DNA from: a virus | Lineage: Duplodnaviria > Caudoviricetes | Length of the DNA stretch: 47,021 bases | IMG/VR virus record: IMGVR_UViG_3300011443_000008 | Location: 1 to 47,021 of that record | Strand: one strand, 5' to 3' | Part shown: positions 1-10,068 of the stretch, one piece after another | Layout: the number at the start of each line of letters is the position of its first letter | Position numbering within the stretch: position 1 is the first letter of the stretch | Position numbers and translations under genes: made by a program | The notes under the pieces: generated by a model | Seen by the model: the letters and a program-made list of their open reading frames with translations, nothing else | Databases searched by the model: none | What the model was told of the DNA's origin: nothing

Positions 1-123
1 AAGGATCGCGGGTTGGTGGACGCCGACCTGATCGGGCTGACGGTGGACGAAGCCATGGCGAAGGCGGCGATGTAGGTGATCGCCTATTTTCTTTCGCCCT
101 ATCGCCGTGACCGGAGCTACGAC
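1..123. repeat. Terminal direct repeat, left copy (circular assembly overlap)
   Basis: Identical to 46899-47021. It spans the end of one gene and the start of the next, as expected for a circularised contig. Confidence 0.97.
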
Positions 124-423
124 TTTCCGGCCCGCGTCTGCACGATGAACGACTTCACGTCGGCCATCCATGCCGATGGCGGGTCGTGGTCGGAAAGCGA
201 GATCGCCGGGGACCAGGCCGTGGTCAAAGTCTCGGCGTCCTCGGGGACGATGGCACTGATCGAAGCGGCAGGGCACCGGCCGTTGACCCGCGCGGAGATT
301 CCGGCGCTGCTCGCCACGCCACGCAAGGCGCCGACCTACGACCGCCAGCGGGATCGCGTGACGCTCAACGGCTCGGAGTATCCGTGCAAGACGTTGGCGC
401 AGCTCGATAGCGAGGTGCGCTGA
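76..423 (+). CDS. Hypothetical protein, probably virion-associated
   Basis: 115 aa ORF abutting the previous stop and overlapping the next start (TGATG); GC3-rich codons; lies in a structural-looking cluster. Confidence 0.65.
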   Translation: MIAYFLSPYRRDRSYDFPARVCTMNDFTSAIHADGGSWSESEIAGDQAVVKVSASSGTMALIEAAGHRPLTRAEIPALLATPRKAPTYDRQRDRVTLNGSEYPCKTLAQLDSEVR

Positions 424-1055
424 TGGGATTCCCCTCGACGGCGGTCCTCACCACGTTCGCGGGCGGCGACGAGAACCCGCTGAGCGAGGGCGGGAACTGG
501 CCGGCCAACGTGGACACCGACAATGATGGCGACCTCCAGCTCATCAGCAACCAGGCGGCGGCGGCGACCGATGCCGGCAGCTCGATGTACTGGAACGCAA
601 CATTCGGCCCGGACACCGAAGCCCACTGCAACTTCACGGCGAGCAATGACAGCCAGAGCGCGCGGGTGTATCTGCGCCTTGCGGATGCCGGCACGACAAC
701 ACCCGACGGCTACATGGCCCTGTTCTTCTACAACGCCGCGCTCAAGTTGTTGCAGTTCTGGCGGCTCGATAACGGAACGCTCACGCAACTGGGAAGCAAC
801 GCAACGATCAGCCTGACGCTGGGCGACCAGATCGGCGCTCGCATCATAGGCTCGACGTTCGAAGCGTTCCGCAACGGCACCAGTCTCGCCACGCGAACCG
901 ACACAACGTACACCGCCGCGGGGCCCATCGGCCTGGGCGCGAATCACACCAGCGTGACCATGGACAGCTTCGGCGGCGGGACGGCGTTGCAGGGGTCGCT
1001 GCACTCCAGTCGGCTGGCGGGCGGCAAACTCGTCGGCGGGAGGCTGGCCGGATGA
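423..1055 (+). CDS. Putative virion fibre/appendage protein, concanavalin-A-like beta-sandwich
   Basis: 210 aa, T/S/G/A-rich beta-strand pattern (FEAFRNG, GPIGLG, MDSFGGG); coupled to both neighbours. The fold is an inference. Confidence 0.55.
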   Translation: MGFPSTAVLTTFAGGDENPLSEGGNWPANVDTDNDGDLQLISNQAAAATDAGSSMYWNATFGPDTEAHCNFTASNDSQSARVYLRLADAGTTTPDGYMALFFYNAALKLLQFWRLDNGTLTQLGSNATISLTLGDQIGARIIGSTFEAFRNGTSLATRTDTTYTAAGPIGLGANHTSVTMDSFGGGTALQGSLHSSRLAGGKLVGGRLAG

Positions 1056-2875
1056 CCATGCATCTGGGTGACGTACCTGCGGGCATCACGCTCTACATTC
1101 CCCTTGCGTCCTACTCGGGCTCGACTGGCGCATCCATTACCCTGACCGGCCTCGCCGTCACGGACATCGAGATCTACAAGAACGGCTCCGTGACCCAGCG
1201 CGCCAGCGACAACGGCTACACGCTGCTGGATACGGACGGCATCGACTTTGACGGCACCACCGGCATTCACGGCTTCAGTGTTGATCTCGCGGACAACTCC
1301 GACGCGAGTTTTTTTGCGGTCGGCAGCTTCTACTGGGTTATTGTCAGTGCGGTCACCATCGACGGTCAGACTGTCAATCTCATCGCGGCCACGTTCCGCA
1401 TCGTGGCTGCCGAAGCCGTGGCGGGCAAACCGAAGGTGGACGTCGATGCGTGGCTCGGCACCGCCGCGGCCACGCCGACCGTCAACGGTGTTCCCGAAGT
1501 GGATGTGACCCACTTCGGCGGATCGGCCGCCACGGCATCGTCGGGCCGGCCCGAAGTCAACGCTTCGCACATCTCGGGCGACTCAGTCGCAGCGGACAAC
1601 CTCGAGGCGGCCTACGATGATACCGATGGGCCGGTGCCGCGGTTCGGCATCGTGGATCAGGGCACCGCGCAGTCGGCCAGCGCGACAGGCGTCGTGCTGC
1701 GCGCGGCCGCGGCATTCGCGGACGACGTGCTGATCGGGACCATCATCGGCGTGCATGGCTCGACGCAGGGTTACTGGCAGTTCCGCCAGATCACCGACAA
1801 CGCCTTGAGCGGCGACTCGGTGGTGGTGGATACCTGGACCGTCACGCCCTCGGGGACGATCACCTACAAGATCTTCGGCGCGGTGCCCGCGCCGACCACG
1901 GCGCCCTCCGTGAGCGTCACGCACTGGTCGGGCACGGCCGTCGCCTCGCCGCACACAGCGGGTTACCCGGTGGTGACCATCAAGGACGGCACGGGCACGG
2001 GCGAGATCAACACACTGGCTGGCGCGATTGTGCAAACCACCATCGTCAACTCCCTGGCGGCCGGGGCCATCGATGCGGCGGCTATTGCCGATGGCGCCAT
2101 CACGGCAGCCAAGATCGCCACGGGTGCCATCGACGCAGACGCCATCGCAGACGGGGCCATCGACGCCGGGGCCATTGCCTCGGATGCGATCACGGCGGCC
2201 AAGATCGCCGCTGGCGCCATCACCAGCGCCAAGTTTGCGGCCGGGGCCATCGATGCGACGGCCATCGCGGCAGACGCCATTGATGCCGATGCGATTGCTA
2301 CCGACGCCTTCGGGGCACTGGAGCTGGCGGCCGGTGCGGCGAGCGAGATCGGCACAGCGGTGCGGACGGAACTGGCGACGGAGCTGGCCCGCATCGACAC
2401 CACGATCAGCTCGCGGGCCTCGCAGACCACGCTTGACACGCTGGACGATCTGGTGGACACGGAAGTCGCGGCCATCAAGACCAAGACGGACCAACTCACG
2501 TTTACCACGGCCAACAAGGTGGACAGCCGCGTGGACAACGTGGCTGGTACGGCGCAGACGGCCGGCGACCTCGCCGCGCAACTCGCCATCCTGGTCGCGG
2601 CAGACCGGGTCTACCCGAAGAACGTTGCGGTGACGGGCTTCATGTTCCCGATGCAGACCACGGCGGGCGCCGCGGCCACAGGCAAGACGGTGACGGCGAC
2701 CATCAGCAAGGACACCGGGGCCTTCGCCGCAGTGGCCGGTTCGGTGAGCGAGCTGAGCGGCGGCTGGTACTACGTGAACTACACACAGACCGAGTTCAAC
2801 GCCGACGAGATCGCGCTGAACTACACGGCCTCGGGTTGCCGGCCCACGCAAATCAAGATCAGGACGCAGAGCTGA
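1052..2875 (+). CDS. Putative fibre protein with pentapeptide repeat
   Basis: 607 aa, A/T/G-rich, with 17 tandem xxx(A/K)(I/F) pentads typical of phage fibre shafts. Confidence 0.7.
   Translation: MTMHLGDVPAGITLYIPLASYSGSTGASITLTGLAVTDIEIYKNGSVTQRASDNGYTLLDTDGIDFDGTTGIHGFSVDLADNSDASFFAVGSFYWVIVSAVTIDGQTVNLIAATFRIVAAEAVAGKPKVDVDAWLGTAAATPTVNGVPEVDVTHFGGSAATASSGRPEVNASHISGDSVAADNLEAAYDDTDGPVPRFGIVDQGTAQSASATGVVLRAAAAFADDVLIGTIIGVHGSTQGYWQFRQITDNALSGDSVVVDTWTVTPSGTITYKIFGAVPAPTTAPSVSVTHWSGTAVASPHTAGYPVVTIKDGTGTGEINTLAGAIVQTTIVNSLAAGAIDAAAIADGAITAAKIATGAIDADAIADGAIDAGAIASDAITAAKIAAGAITSAKFAAGAIDATAIAADAIDADAIATDAFGALELAAGAASEIGTAVRTELATELARIDTTISSRASQTTLDTLDDLVDTEVAAIKTKTDQLTFTTANKVDSRVDNVAGTAQTAGDLAAQLAILVAADRVYPKNVAVTGFMFPMQTTAGAAATGKTVTATISKDTGAFAAVAGSVSELSGGWYYVNYTQTEFNADEIALNYTASGCRPTQIKIRTQS
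2057..2311 (+). repeat. Coding tandem repeat of 17 pentapeptides (AAGAI DAAAI ADGAI TAAKI ... ATDAF)
   Basis: 15-nt periodicity with recurring GCCATC; counted directly from the translation. Confidence 0.9.
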
Positions 2876-3033
2876 TGCTCTTCTACTTCGGTGGCCAGGT
2901 CGTCATGGGCGACTGCTATGCCTTCTTCCTCGGCGGGGTGGCCGGCGTGGACCCGTCGCGCCGCATCGCCTATCCGGGCCGGGATGCCGTCCTGACCCCA
3001 GCCGGTCGTGACGCGCTGGAGCCCTCGCTGTGA
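2875..3033 (+). CDS. Small hypothetical protein (52 aa)
   Basis: ATG overlaps the previous stop (TGATG) and the stop overlaps the next GTG. Confidence 0.55.
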   Translation: MLFYFGGQVVMGDCYAFFLGGVAGVDPSRRIAYPGRDAVLTPAGRDALEPSL

Positions 3034-3335
3034 GCACAGAACGAGTCGTGGCCAAGCGCGCCGGCGAGGTGGCCATCCCCTTGTCAGTGGACTGGGCCGA
3101 CGTGCTGGCGTCGGGCGAAACGATAGACGGCACCCCGGCGTGGACCGTGGTCGATGCCGCCGCGACAGACAGCTCGCCCCTGGCCGTTGCGGGATCTGAC
3201 TCACTCTCGAGCACCACGGCATCCAACAGCTTCTCGGCTGGCACCAAGGGCCAGGTCTACCGGGCCCGCTGCACCATGGTGACCAGTGGTGGCGCGACCC
3301 ATGTGCGTGACTGGTCCGTGAGGATCATCGCGTGA
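3030..3335 (+). CDS. Putative fibre adaptor protein (small beta-sandwich)
   Basis: KRAGE..LSVDWADVL..GETI..W..GTKGQVYRARC pattern resembles small phage fibre-adaptor proteins. Confidence 0.6.
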   Translation: MSTERVVAKRAGEVAIPLSVDWADVLASGETIDGTPAWTVVDAAATDSSPLAVAGSDSLSSTTASNSFSAGTKGQVYRARCTMVTSGGATHVRDWSVRIIA

Positions 3336-3952
3336 GAGCCTGGACGCTGGAACTCACAACGAACCCCACGATGGAGCCCCTGACGCTCGAAGAGGTCAGG
3401 GACCATTTGCAGATCGACCACGAGGACGAGGACGCTTGGCTTGACGCCAAGCTGGCCGAAGCGCGCCAGAAGGTGGAGGACGCCTGCGGGAAGTCATGCC
3501 TCACCCAGACCCGAAGGTTGAAGCTCTTGGACTGGCCCTGCTCGGGCATCATCACGCTGCCCAGAGGGCCAGTCGCCTCGGTCTCGAGCATCACCTACCT
3601 GGACACCAACGGCGACAGCCAGACCTGGAGCAGCGGCGACTATCAGGTGGACACGGCCGCGCAGCCCCCGACCATCGTGCCGGTCTACGGCGAGTCATTC
3701 CCCTCGATTCGCACCCAGGATGGCGTCTACGTGGTGACCATCACCTACGTGGCCGGCTACACGGCACGAGGTCACGAGGACCTGCAGCAGCCCCGCCAGG
3801 CCATGCTCGAGCTGATCCGCCTGTGGTGGGAGAACCGTACCGGACTGATCCAGTTCGGCACCGCCACGCCACTGGTGGAGCTGGAGGCTGGCATCCTGGC
3901 CAAGCTGGTCAACTTCACCGACGTCACCGAGTACGACCGAGCGTTCGCATGA
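3332..3952 (+). CDS. Head-tail connector protein (HK97 gp6 / phiE125 gp8-like)
   Basis: EPLTLEEVRDHLQIDH..ED, LPRGPVASVSSITY, VTITYVAGY and QAMLELIRLWWENR motifs. Confidence 0.88.
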   Translation: MRAWTLELTTNPTMEPLTLEEVRDHLQIDHEDEDAWLDAKLAEARQKVEDACGKSCLTQTRRLKLLDWPCSGIITLPRGPVASVSSITYLDTNGDSQTWSSGDYQVDTAAQPPTIVPVYGESFPSIRTQDGVYVVTITYVAGYTARGHEDLQQPRQAMLELIRLWWENRTGLIQFGTATPLVELEAGILAKLVNFTDVTEYDRAFA

Positions 3953-4053
3953 CCCGCCTCGCCCCTCGCCGCCTCACTCGCCTTCCCTGTGCCTTGCACG
4001 GTGGCCGGACAGCGCACCGTTCGGCCATCTCCCTCCCCATGGTGAGGTGATGC

Positions 4054-4272
4054 ATGGCCGGCCGCGTGCTCTACATGAGCGAGCAGGAACAGCGAGACAA
4101 CGCAGCGTATGCGGATCTGACGCCCGAAGCGTGGCGCGCGGCCCTCGAGCGGCTGGGCTTCACCATCGTGCGTTCAGGCATACCACCCGGACTGGTGAGC
4201 CCGGCCGACCTGGCATGGCTACAGGCCAAGGACGAGCCACCCTATCGCCCGGGAGAGGACGACCTGGACTGA
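4054..4272 (+). CDS. Hypothetical protein
   Basis: 72 aa ORF, GAGG upstream, stop overlaps the next ATG. Confidence 0.55.
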   Translation: MAGRVLYMSEQEQRDNAAYADLTPEAWRAALERLGFTIVRSGIPPGLVSPADLAWLQAKDEPPYRPGEDDLD

Positions 4273-4718
4273 TGCCCGCCACCATCGTTGCCGGCCCGCC
4301 GCTCTCAGGCAAGACGACATATGCCCAGGGCACGGGCCTACCATACCTCGACTGGGATGAGATGTATGCCGAGGTGTCCGGCATGCCGCTCCACGTCCGC
4401 GCGCCGAACGACCAAGCGATCAGGAGCCGGGTGCATCACCGCTTCCGGGAAGCCGTCCGGGCGTCGTTGCACAGCGACACGGTCATCGTCCGCGGTGCTC
4501 CACTGCGCTCAGAACGAGACATGTTCCGCCTGACCAAGGGCGTGTCAGTCGTGGTGCTGGTGGTACCCTATGAGGAGTGCGTGCGCCGCCTTCAGGCGAG
4601 CCGCCGTCCACGAAGCGTGATGGCGGCGACCCGGGACGCCATCCGCCAGTGGTGGTTGGCCTATCAGCCCAGCCCCCATGACGTGGTGCGGCGATGGAGC
4701 AGTGAGGTAGCAGCCTGA
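4272..4718 (+). CDS. Small P-loop NTPase/kinase (AAA_33-like)
   Basis: Walker A IVAGPPLSGKTT follows the ATG at 4272; YLDWD and EECVRRL motifs of kinase-like P-loops. Confidence 0.8.
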   Translation: MPATIVAGPPLSGKTTYAQGTGLPYLDWDEMYAEVSGMPLHVRAPNDQAIRSRVHHRFREAVRASLHSDTVIVRGAPLRSERDMFRLTKGVSVVVLVVPYEECVRRLQASRRPRSVMAATRDAIRQWWLAYQPSPHDVVRRWSSEVAA

Positions 4719-5164
4719 TGCCCACGCGCCCACGCCGGCCGTGTGCCCACGCAGGCTGCACCACCCTGGTGCTGGGTGGGACAACCAGGTGCGCCAGGCA
4801 CCCCGCTGCACGCAGGCCACAGGTGAGCAGCACAGCCAGAGGCTACGGCGGCGACTGGCCACGGATTCGCGCCCGGGTGTTGGCCGAGCAGCCCGTATGC
4901 ACCATATGCCACAGGGCCCCAAGCACTTGCGTGGACCACATCACGGCACAGAAGGACGGCGGCACGAACCAGCGGTCGAACCTGCGCGGCGCGTGTCGCC
5001 CCTGCAACTCACGCAAGGCAGCGACAGCGGAGGGCGGATATGGAAACGCACAGCATAGCGACAGCACCGCAATATGCATGATTGCAAAAGACAGTGCAAA
5101 ACAAGCTGCAAGCGTGCAACCATCTGCGCGCTGTGGTGTAAGTCCTTATGGTATAAGGAGATAG
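4718..5164 (+). CDS. HNH endonuclease, probably a packaging cofactor (HK97 gp74-like)
   Basis: PCAHAGC, RGYGGDW, CTIC, VDHI..GGTN..NLRGAC..CN; sits directly upstream of the putative cos region and terS. Confidence 0.88.
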   Translation: MPTRPRRPCAHAGCTTLVLGGTTRCARHPAARRPQVSSTARGYGGDWPRIRARVLAEQPVCTICHRAPSTCVDHITAQKDGGTNQRSNLRGACRPCNSRKAATAEGGYGNAQHSDSTAICMIAKDSAKQAASVQPSARCGVSPYGIRR

Positions 5165-5295
5165 GGGGTATGCAAAAACTTGCACTTGGGGGCGGGGCAA
5201 CTCTGTGGGGGACTAAATGTTCATATCTCCAATACCGCAATTTGCGAAAGTTTGCAGATTGCGGGAGTGATACTGTACGCATGGTGTCGAATTAG
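5050..5295. promoter_or_regulatory. Putative cos/packaging region with clustered TGCAA motifs and inverted repeats
   Basis: Visibly AT-richer than its flanks and located between HNH and terS, where HK97-like phages have cos. Contains G-runs (GGGGGTATGCAAAAACTTGCAC), several TGCAA, and an imperfect inverted repeat at 5235-5264. The exact nick site cannot be determined. Confidence 0.65.
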
Positions 5296-5682
5296 ATGGG
5301 CCGACCACGCACTCCAACGAAGGTGCTGCAACTACGCAACGCCTTCCGGAAGCACCCGGAGCGGCTGGCTGAGCGGGCCAACGAGCCGCAGGACGACCGG
5401 CCCCTGGGCGGTCCACCCGAGTCGCTGGATGAGTCAGAGTTGGCGCGCTGGATCGAGCTGGCCGGCGACATGCCCTGGCTGACCAGGGCCGACCGGGCGG
5501 CGCTGTGGGCCGCGGCGAAGCAGTACGCCGCGCTGTGGCGCGATGGCGGCAAGGCGTCGGACTGGTCGGTGTTCCGCGGCTACCTGTCGGAGCTGGGCGG
5601 CCTGGCTGGCAGTCGGTCGAAGATCAAAGTACCCGGCGCGAAAGCGAAGCCGGCGAACGCCTTTGGAGCCTTGGGAGCATGA
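5296..5682 (+). CDS. terS: Terminase small subunit
   Basis: MGRPRTPTKVLQLR..PPESL..WL..AD..LGGL..SRSKI..NAF pattern of P27-type TerS; overlaps terL. Confidence 0.85.
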   Translation: MGRPRTPTKVLQLRNAFRKHPERLAERANEPQDDRPLGGPPESLDESELARWIELAGDMPWLTRADRAALWAAAKQYAALWRDGGKASDWSVFRGYLSELGGLAGSRSKIKVPGAKAKPANAFGALGA

Positions 5683-7379
5683 GCAAGGGCCAGTTCCCGC
5701 ACGTCGAGAAGGCAATTTCTTACGCCAAAGGGGTGGTGGCGGGGAAGATTCTGGCGTGCAAGTGGGTCCGGTTGGCCTGCCAGCGGCACCTGAATGACGT
5801 CGTGAAGTCGAAGGGCAAGGCGTATCCGTTCACGTTCGACGCCGCGAAGGCCGAGAAAGCCTGTCAGTTTGCTGAGCTGCTGCCCCATGTGAAGGGCAAA
5901 TGGGCCGTTCCGGTGGCCGGGGTGTCGGCGCGGATCACGCTGGAGCCGCACCAGTGTTTTCGCCGGTCGATGAAGTTCGGCTGGGTCGAGAAGGCGACCG
6001 GGCTCAGGCGTTTCAGGGTGTCCTACGAGGAAGTGGCCCGCAAGAACGCCAAGAGCACCGACGCCGCGATTGACGGCCTCTACCTGCTCGTGGCCGATGG
6101 CGAAATAGGCGCCGAGGTCTACAGCGGCGCCACCTCGGAAAAACAGGCATGGGAAGTGTTCCGGCCGGCGAAGCAGATGGCCGAGCGCACACCCGAGTTC
6201 CTCGAGCACTACGGCGTCGAGGTGAACGCCAAGAGCCTGACCATTCTGGCGACGGGGGGGCGGTTCGAGCCCGTCATCGGCAAGCCGGGCGACGGCGCTT
6301 CGCCGTCCTGCGCCATCGTGGACGAGTACCATGAGCACCCCGACGCCACGCTCTACGACACGATGGAAACGGGCATGGGCGCCCGCGAGCACCCGCTCAT
6401 CGACGTCATCACCACGGCCGGTGCGGACATCGGCGGCGCCTGCTACGGGATGCGCGACCGGGCTATCAAGATGCTGCAGGGCGACGAGGATTCGCGACTG
6501 TTTGCCATCATCTACACGATTGACGAAGGGGATGACTGGACTTCGGAGGACGCGCTGCGGAAAGCCAACCCGAACTTCGACGTATCGGTCTCCGGCGAGT
6601 ACCTGCGCGAGCAGCAGCGCGCCGCGGTCAACGACGCGCGCAAGCAGAACATCTTCAAGAACAAGCACCTGAATATCTGGAACTCGGCCAGGTCGCCGTG
6701 GATGAACATGGAGTGGTGGAACAAGTGTGCCGACACCGGCCTCGATCCCGTGCAGTTCGTCGGGGAGCCGGTGGCCTTCGGGGCCGACCTTGCCAGCCGC
6801 CTGGACCTGACGAGCGTGGGGCGTGTGTTCCGCCGCACCGTGGAGGGCGAGCCGCACTTTTATGCCTTCGGCCGGCACTATGTTCCGCGCAAGGCGGTCG
6901 ATGAGCCCGAGAACAGCCATTACCAGGCATGGGCCCACGAGCAGCATCTCACGGCCACAGAGGGCGACGATGTGGACTACGACATCCTGACACGGGACGT
7001 GCTCAACGATGCCCGCGCCCACCAGTTCGCCTCCTTCATGGCCGACCCGTGGAACTGCCGCGCCGTGACGGACGCACTCAAGCGCGAAGGGGTTGAGGAG
7101 GGACTGGTGATCGAGGTGCCCCAGCAGACCAACCACCTGTCCCCGCCCATGAAGGATCTTGAGGCGGCGGTGGCCTCCGGTCGCTTCCACCACACAGGTG
7201 ACCCGGTGCTGACGTGGGCGGTGTCGAATGTGACCGTGAAACCCGACGCCAACGAAAACATTTTCCCGCGCAAGGATCGCCCGGAAAACAAGATCGACCC
7301 GGCCGTGGCCTTGATTCTGGCCTTCAAGGGCGCCCTGTTCATGCAGCCGGCCGAAGATGTCTGGGTGGAATCCGTATGA
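5679..7379 (+). CDS. terL: Terminase large subunit (HK97-type)
   Basis: Walker A ARKNAKST, Walker B IVDEYH, ITTAG, nuclease GADLASRLDLTS and KIDPAVA. Start moved to ATG 5679 (ATGA overlap). Confidence 0.96.
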   Translation: MSKGQFPHVEKAISYAKGVVAGKILACKWVRLACQRHLNDVVKSKGKAYPFTFDAAKAEKACQFAELLPHVKGKWAVPVAGVSARITLEPHQCFRRSMKFGWVEKATGLRRFRVSYEEVARKNAKSTDAAIDGLYLLVADGEIGAEVYSGATSEKQAWEVFRPAKQMAERTPEFLEHYGVEVNAKSLTILATGGRFEPVIGKPGDGASPSCAIVDEYHEHPDATLYDTMETGMGAREHPLIDVITTAGADIGGACYGMRDRAIKMLQGDEDSRLFAIIYTIDEGDDWTSEDALRKANPNFDVSVSGEYLREQQRAAVNDARKQNIFKNKHLNIWNSARSPWMNMEWWNKCADTGLDPVQFVGEPVAFGADLASRLDLTSVGRVFRRTVEGEPHFYAFGRHYVPRKAVDEPENSHYQAWAHEQHLTATEGDDVDYDILTRDVLNDARAHQFASFMADPWNCRAVTDALKREGVEEGLVIEVPQQTNHLSPPMKDLEAAVASGRFHHTGDPVLTWAVSNVTVKPDANENIFPRKDRPENKIDPAVALILAFKGALFMQPAEDVWVESV

Positions 7380-7567
7380 GGCGCCTCGGTGGCTGGCTCC
7401 TCGAGCGGTGGACCGCGCTGGACCTCACGCTGCGGGACCTCCAGTTCTACGGCGGCCTCGTGCTGTTCGCCATCGCCCCAGGACGCTGGGATGCCGTGGG
7501 CGCGGTGCTGGCCCTGCACGCCTGGCTGGCTCCGGTGCTGGCGCGACTCCTCGCGGGAAAGGCGTAA
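7376..7567 (+). CDS. Small membrane protein
   Basis: 63 aa, two hydrophobic stretches, between terL and portal; ATGA overlap. Confidence 0.65.
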   Translation: MRRLGGWLLERWTALDLTLRDLQFYGGLVLFAIAPGRWDAVGAVLALHAWLAPVLARLLAGKA

Positions 7568-7570
7568 CCC

Positions 7571-9175
7571 ATGGGCCTGATGGATCGCGTGGAACGCGGG
7601 GGACTGCACAGCAACGTGTCGTGGCACCCGCTCGATGACCGTTGGTACGGCCCGATCAGCGGGCCCACGGCCGCCGGGTTCGCCGTGAGCCCGTCAACCG
7701 CGCAACGGGTCTCGGCCGTGTTCGCCTGCAACAGCCTGATCCTCGAAACCGTGGCCTCGCTGCCCTGCATCCTCTACCGCCGGCTGGCGAATGGCGGGAA
7801 GGAACGGGCGACCGACCACCGGCTCTACCGCACCGTGCGCTCCCAGCCGAATCCGTGGATGACCGCCATGGACTTCTACGGCTACGGCCAGGGTCACCTG
7901 GGCCTGCGCGGCACGTTCGTGAGCGAGATTCAGGAAAGCCGGGGACGGATCGACCTGATCCCGCTGCACCCCGACGAGGTCACGCTCGAGCAGCTGCCCA
8001 ACCACCGCGTGCGCGTCATCCACCGGCCGCCCAAGGGGCGGGAACGTTCGCTGGGACAGGACGAGTGCCTGATCGTGCGCGACACCAGCGCGGATGGACT
8101 GGTGGGCATGGCAAGGGCTACGCTCGCCCGGGAGGCCATCGCCGTGGCCGGCGCAGCGGAAGGGTTCGTCGGCGGGTTCTTCAAGAACGACGCCACCGGG
8201 CGACTGCTGGTCAAAGCCACCACGCCACTGACGCCCGAGAAGCGGGCCGATGTGCGGGCCATGATCCAGGAGAACTACGCCGGCTTCCAGAACCGCTCGA
8301 AGGCCATGCTCCTGTCGCATGGCCTGGAAGCCACCGAACTGGGCGGCCAGCAGGACAGTGGCTTTCTGGTGGACCCCAGAAAGTTTCAGGTGGCCGACAT
8401 CGCCCGGTTCTGGCGCGTGCCCGGCTTCATGATCGGGCTGGAGGAGAAGTCCACGAGCTGGGGCACCGGCATCGAGCAGCAGAAGCAGGGCTTCGTGGAC
8501 TTCACCATCCGCCCCTGGCTGGTGCGCTGGGAACAGGCGCTGGACCGCGACCTGCTGCTGCCCGAAGAGCAGGAGGAGTTCTTCTTCGAGTTCCTGCTGG
8601 ACGGCCTGCTGCGCGGCGACATCCAGACCACCGTGGACGCGCTGGCCACCGAGCTGGAGCACGGCGCCCTGTCGCGCAACGAGTGGCGCATCATCCGCAA
8701 CCGGAATCCCGTCCCCGGCGGCGACGAGTTCCAGCAGCAGCTCCCCGGCACCGCAGCCAATGAACGGCCGGGCGCGCCGCCGGCCGACGACGAGGACGAG
8801 CAGGCGCGCGCCATCCCCGCGCCACTGCTGTCTGATGCCGCCTCGCGCATCGCACACGGTGACGTGTCGGCCGTGGCCAACCGGGCCGACAAGGCAAAGG
8901 CGGATGGGCTGAAGTTCGTCGCATGGGTCCACAAGTTTGCGGCGGATCAAAAAGCCTCAACCGTGCGAGTGCTCACGCCGCTCGCTGAGTCCTATGGGTT
9001 CCCTGCGTTCGCAGTTTCCGAGTCGGCCGCCAGAGTGGAGCGCACGATGGTCGAGGCGCTGAGCGTCGAAGGCGTGCCGGATGGCTGGCTCGAGCAGCGC
9101 AAGGCCGAGGTGTTCCAGGTGCTGGACGAGACATTCCGTGCCGCGGCAGCCATGCGGCGTCAGGAGGCCGCATGA
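7571..9175 (+). CDS. Portal protein (HK97 family) with C-terminal extension
   Basis: SAVFAC..IL..VASLP, QPNPWMT, LHPDEV, IARFWRVP, IEQQ..FV..TIRPW and NEWR motifs. Confidence 0.96.
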   Translation: MGLMDRVERGGLHSNVSWHPLDDRWYGPISGPTAAGFAVSPSTAQRVSAVFACNSLILETVASLPCILYRRLANGGKERATDHRLYRTVRSQPNPWMTAMDFYGYGQGHLGLRGTFVSEIQESRGRIDLIPLHPDEVTLEQLPNHRVRVIHRPPKGRERSLGQDECLIVRDTSADGLVGMARATLAREAIAVAGAAEGFVGGFFKNDATGRLLVKATTPLTPEKRADVRAMIQENYAGFQNRSKAMLLSHGLEATELGGQQDSGFLVDPRKFQVADIARFWRVPGFMIGLEEKSTSWGTGIEQQKQGFVDFTIRPWLVRWEQALDRDLLLPEEQEEFFFEFLLDGLLRGDIQTTVDALATELEHGALSRNEWRIIRNRNPVPGGDEFQQQLPGTAANERPGAPPADDEDEQARAIPAPLLSDAASRIAHGDVSAVANRADKAKADGLKFVAWVHKFAADQKASTVRVLTPLAESYGFPAFAVSESAARVERTMVEALSVEGVPDGWLEQRKAEVFQVLDETFRAAAAMRRQEAA

Positions 9176-10068
9176 GCATTGCCCGTCTGGTCCGCGCCCT
9201 GAGTGAGCCGCTGGCCATCGAACCCGTCATGGGCCGGCTGCTGGTGGGCATCGCCCGCCGGAAACTGGCCGGCGAAACCTTCCGCGGGCCCGCGCTGCAC
9301 GCCGAGCTGGGGATTCCGCAGGCCGAGGAACGCAAGGCACAAACCGCCCCTCCCCGGATCGCCGTCATCCCGATGTACGGCGTGGTGGCCCAGCACGCCC
9401 AGAGTCTCGGGGTCTCCACGACCGAGATCGGGGAGATGTTCGACGCCGCCATCGCGCGGCCGGACATCGACGCCGTGCTGCTCGACGTGGACTCGCCCGG
9501 GGGCACCGTGGGCGGGACGCCGGAAGTCGCGGCCAAGATCTTCGCCGCGCGCGGCACCAAGCCCGTCTGGGCCATCGCCAACGGCCTCGCCGCCTCGGCG
9601 GCCTACTGGATCGCGTCGGCAGCCGACGAGGTCTGGGTCACGCCCTCCGGCGAGGCTGGGTCCATCGGCGTCTACACGGTCCACGAGGACTGGAGCAAGT
9701 CGCTCGAGCAGGACGGGGTGAAAGTCACACCCATCAGCTATGGCAAGTACAAGCTCGAGGGCGCCCCATGGGAACCACTGAGCGAGGAGGCGAAGGAACG
9801 CCTCCAGGCATCGGTGAACACCGCCGGCCAGTGGTTCACCAAGGACGTGGCCCGGCACCGTGGCGATACCCCGGCCAACGTGCGCGCGGGCTACGGCGAG
9901 GGCCGACTGCTGTCGGCCAAGGACGCCCTCGAAGCGAAGCTGGTGGACAGGATCGGCACGTTCGAGGACGCGCTCGCCGCGCTGGCCAAGAAGGCGGCCC
10001 GGAAACCCCGCGGCAGCCGGGCGATGGTGGAGCGGGAGCGGTTGACGCTTGACAGCGAGTGCAAGTAG
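9172..10068 (+). CDS. Prohead protease, S49 (SppA-like) family
   Basis: LLDVDSPGG, AASAAYWIASAAD, GSIGV and G.YK motifs. Confidence 0.93.
   Translation: MSIARLVRALSEPLAIEPVMGRLLVGIARRKLAGETFRGPALHAELGIPQAEERKAQTAPPRIAVIPMYGVVAQHAQSLGVSTTEIGEMFDAAIARPDIDAVLLDVDSPGGTVGGTPEVAAKIFAARGTKPVWAIANGLAASAAYWIASAADEVWVTPSGEAGSIGVYTVHEDWSKSLEQDGVKVTPISYGKYKLEGAPWEPLSEEAKERLQASVNTAGQWFTKDVARHRGDTPANVRAGYGEGRLLSAKDALEAKLVDRIGTFEDALAALAKKAARKPRGSRAMVERERLTLDSECK

Noticed and set aside
1-123. 123-bp terminal repeat as a biological direct terminal repeat
   Set aside because: It falls mid-gene, and the HK97-type terminase, HNH and AT-rich region point to cos ends near 5.1-5.3 kb. It is best read as an assembly overlap.
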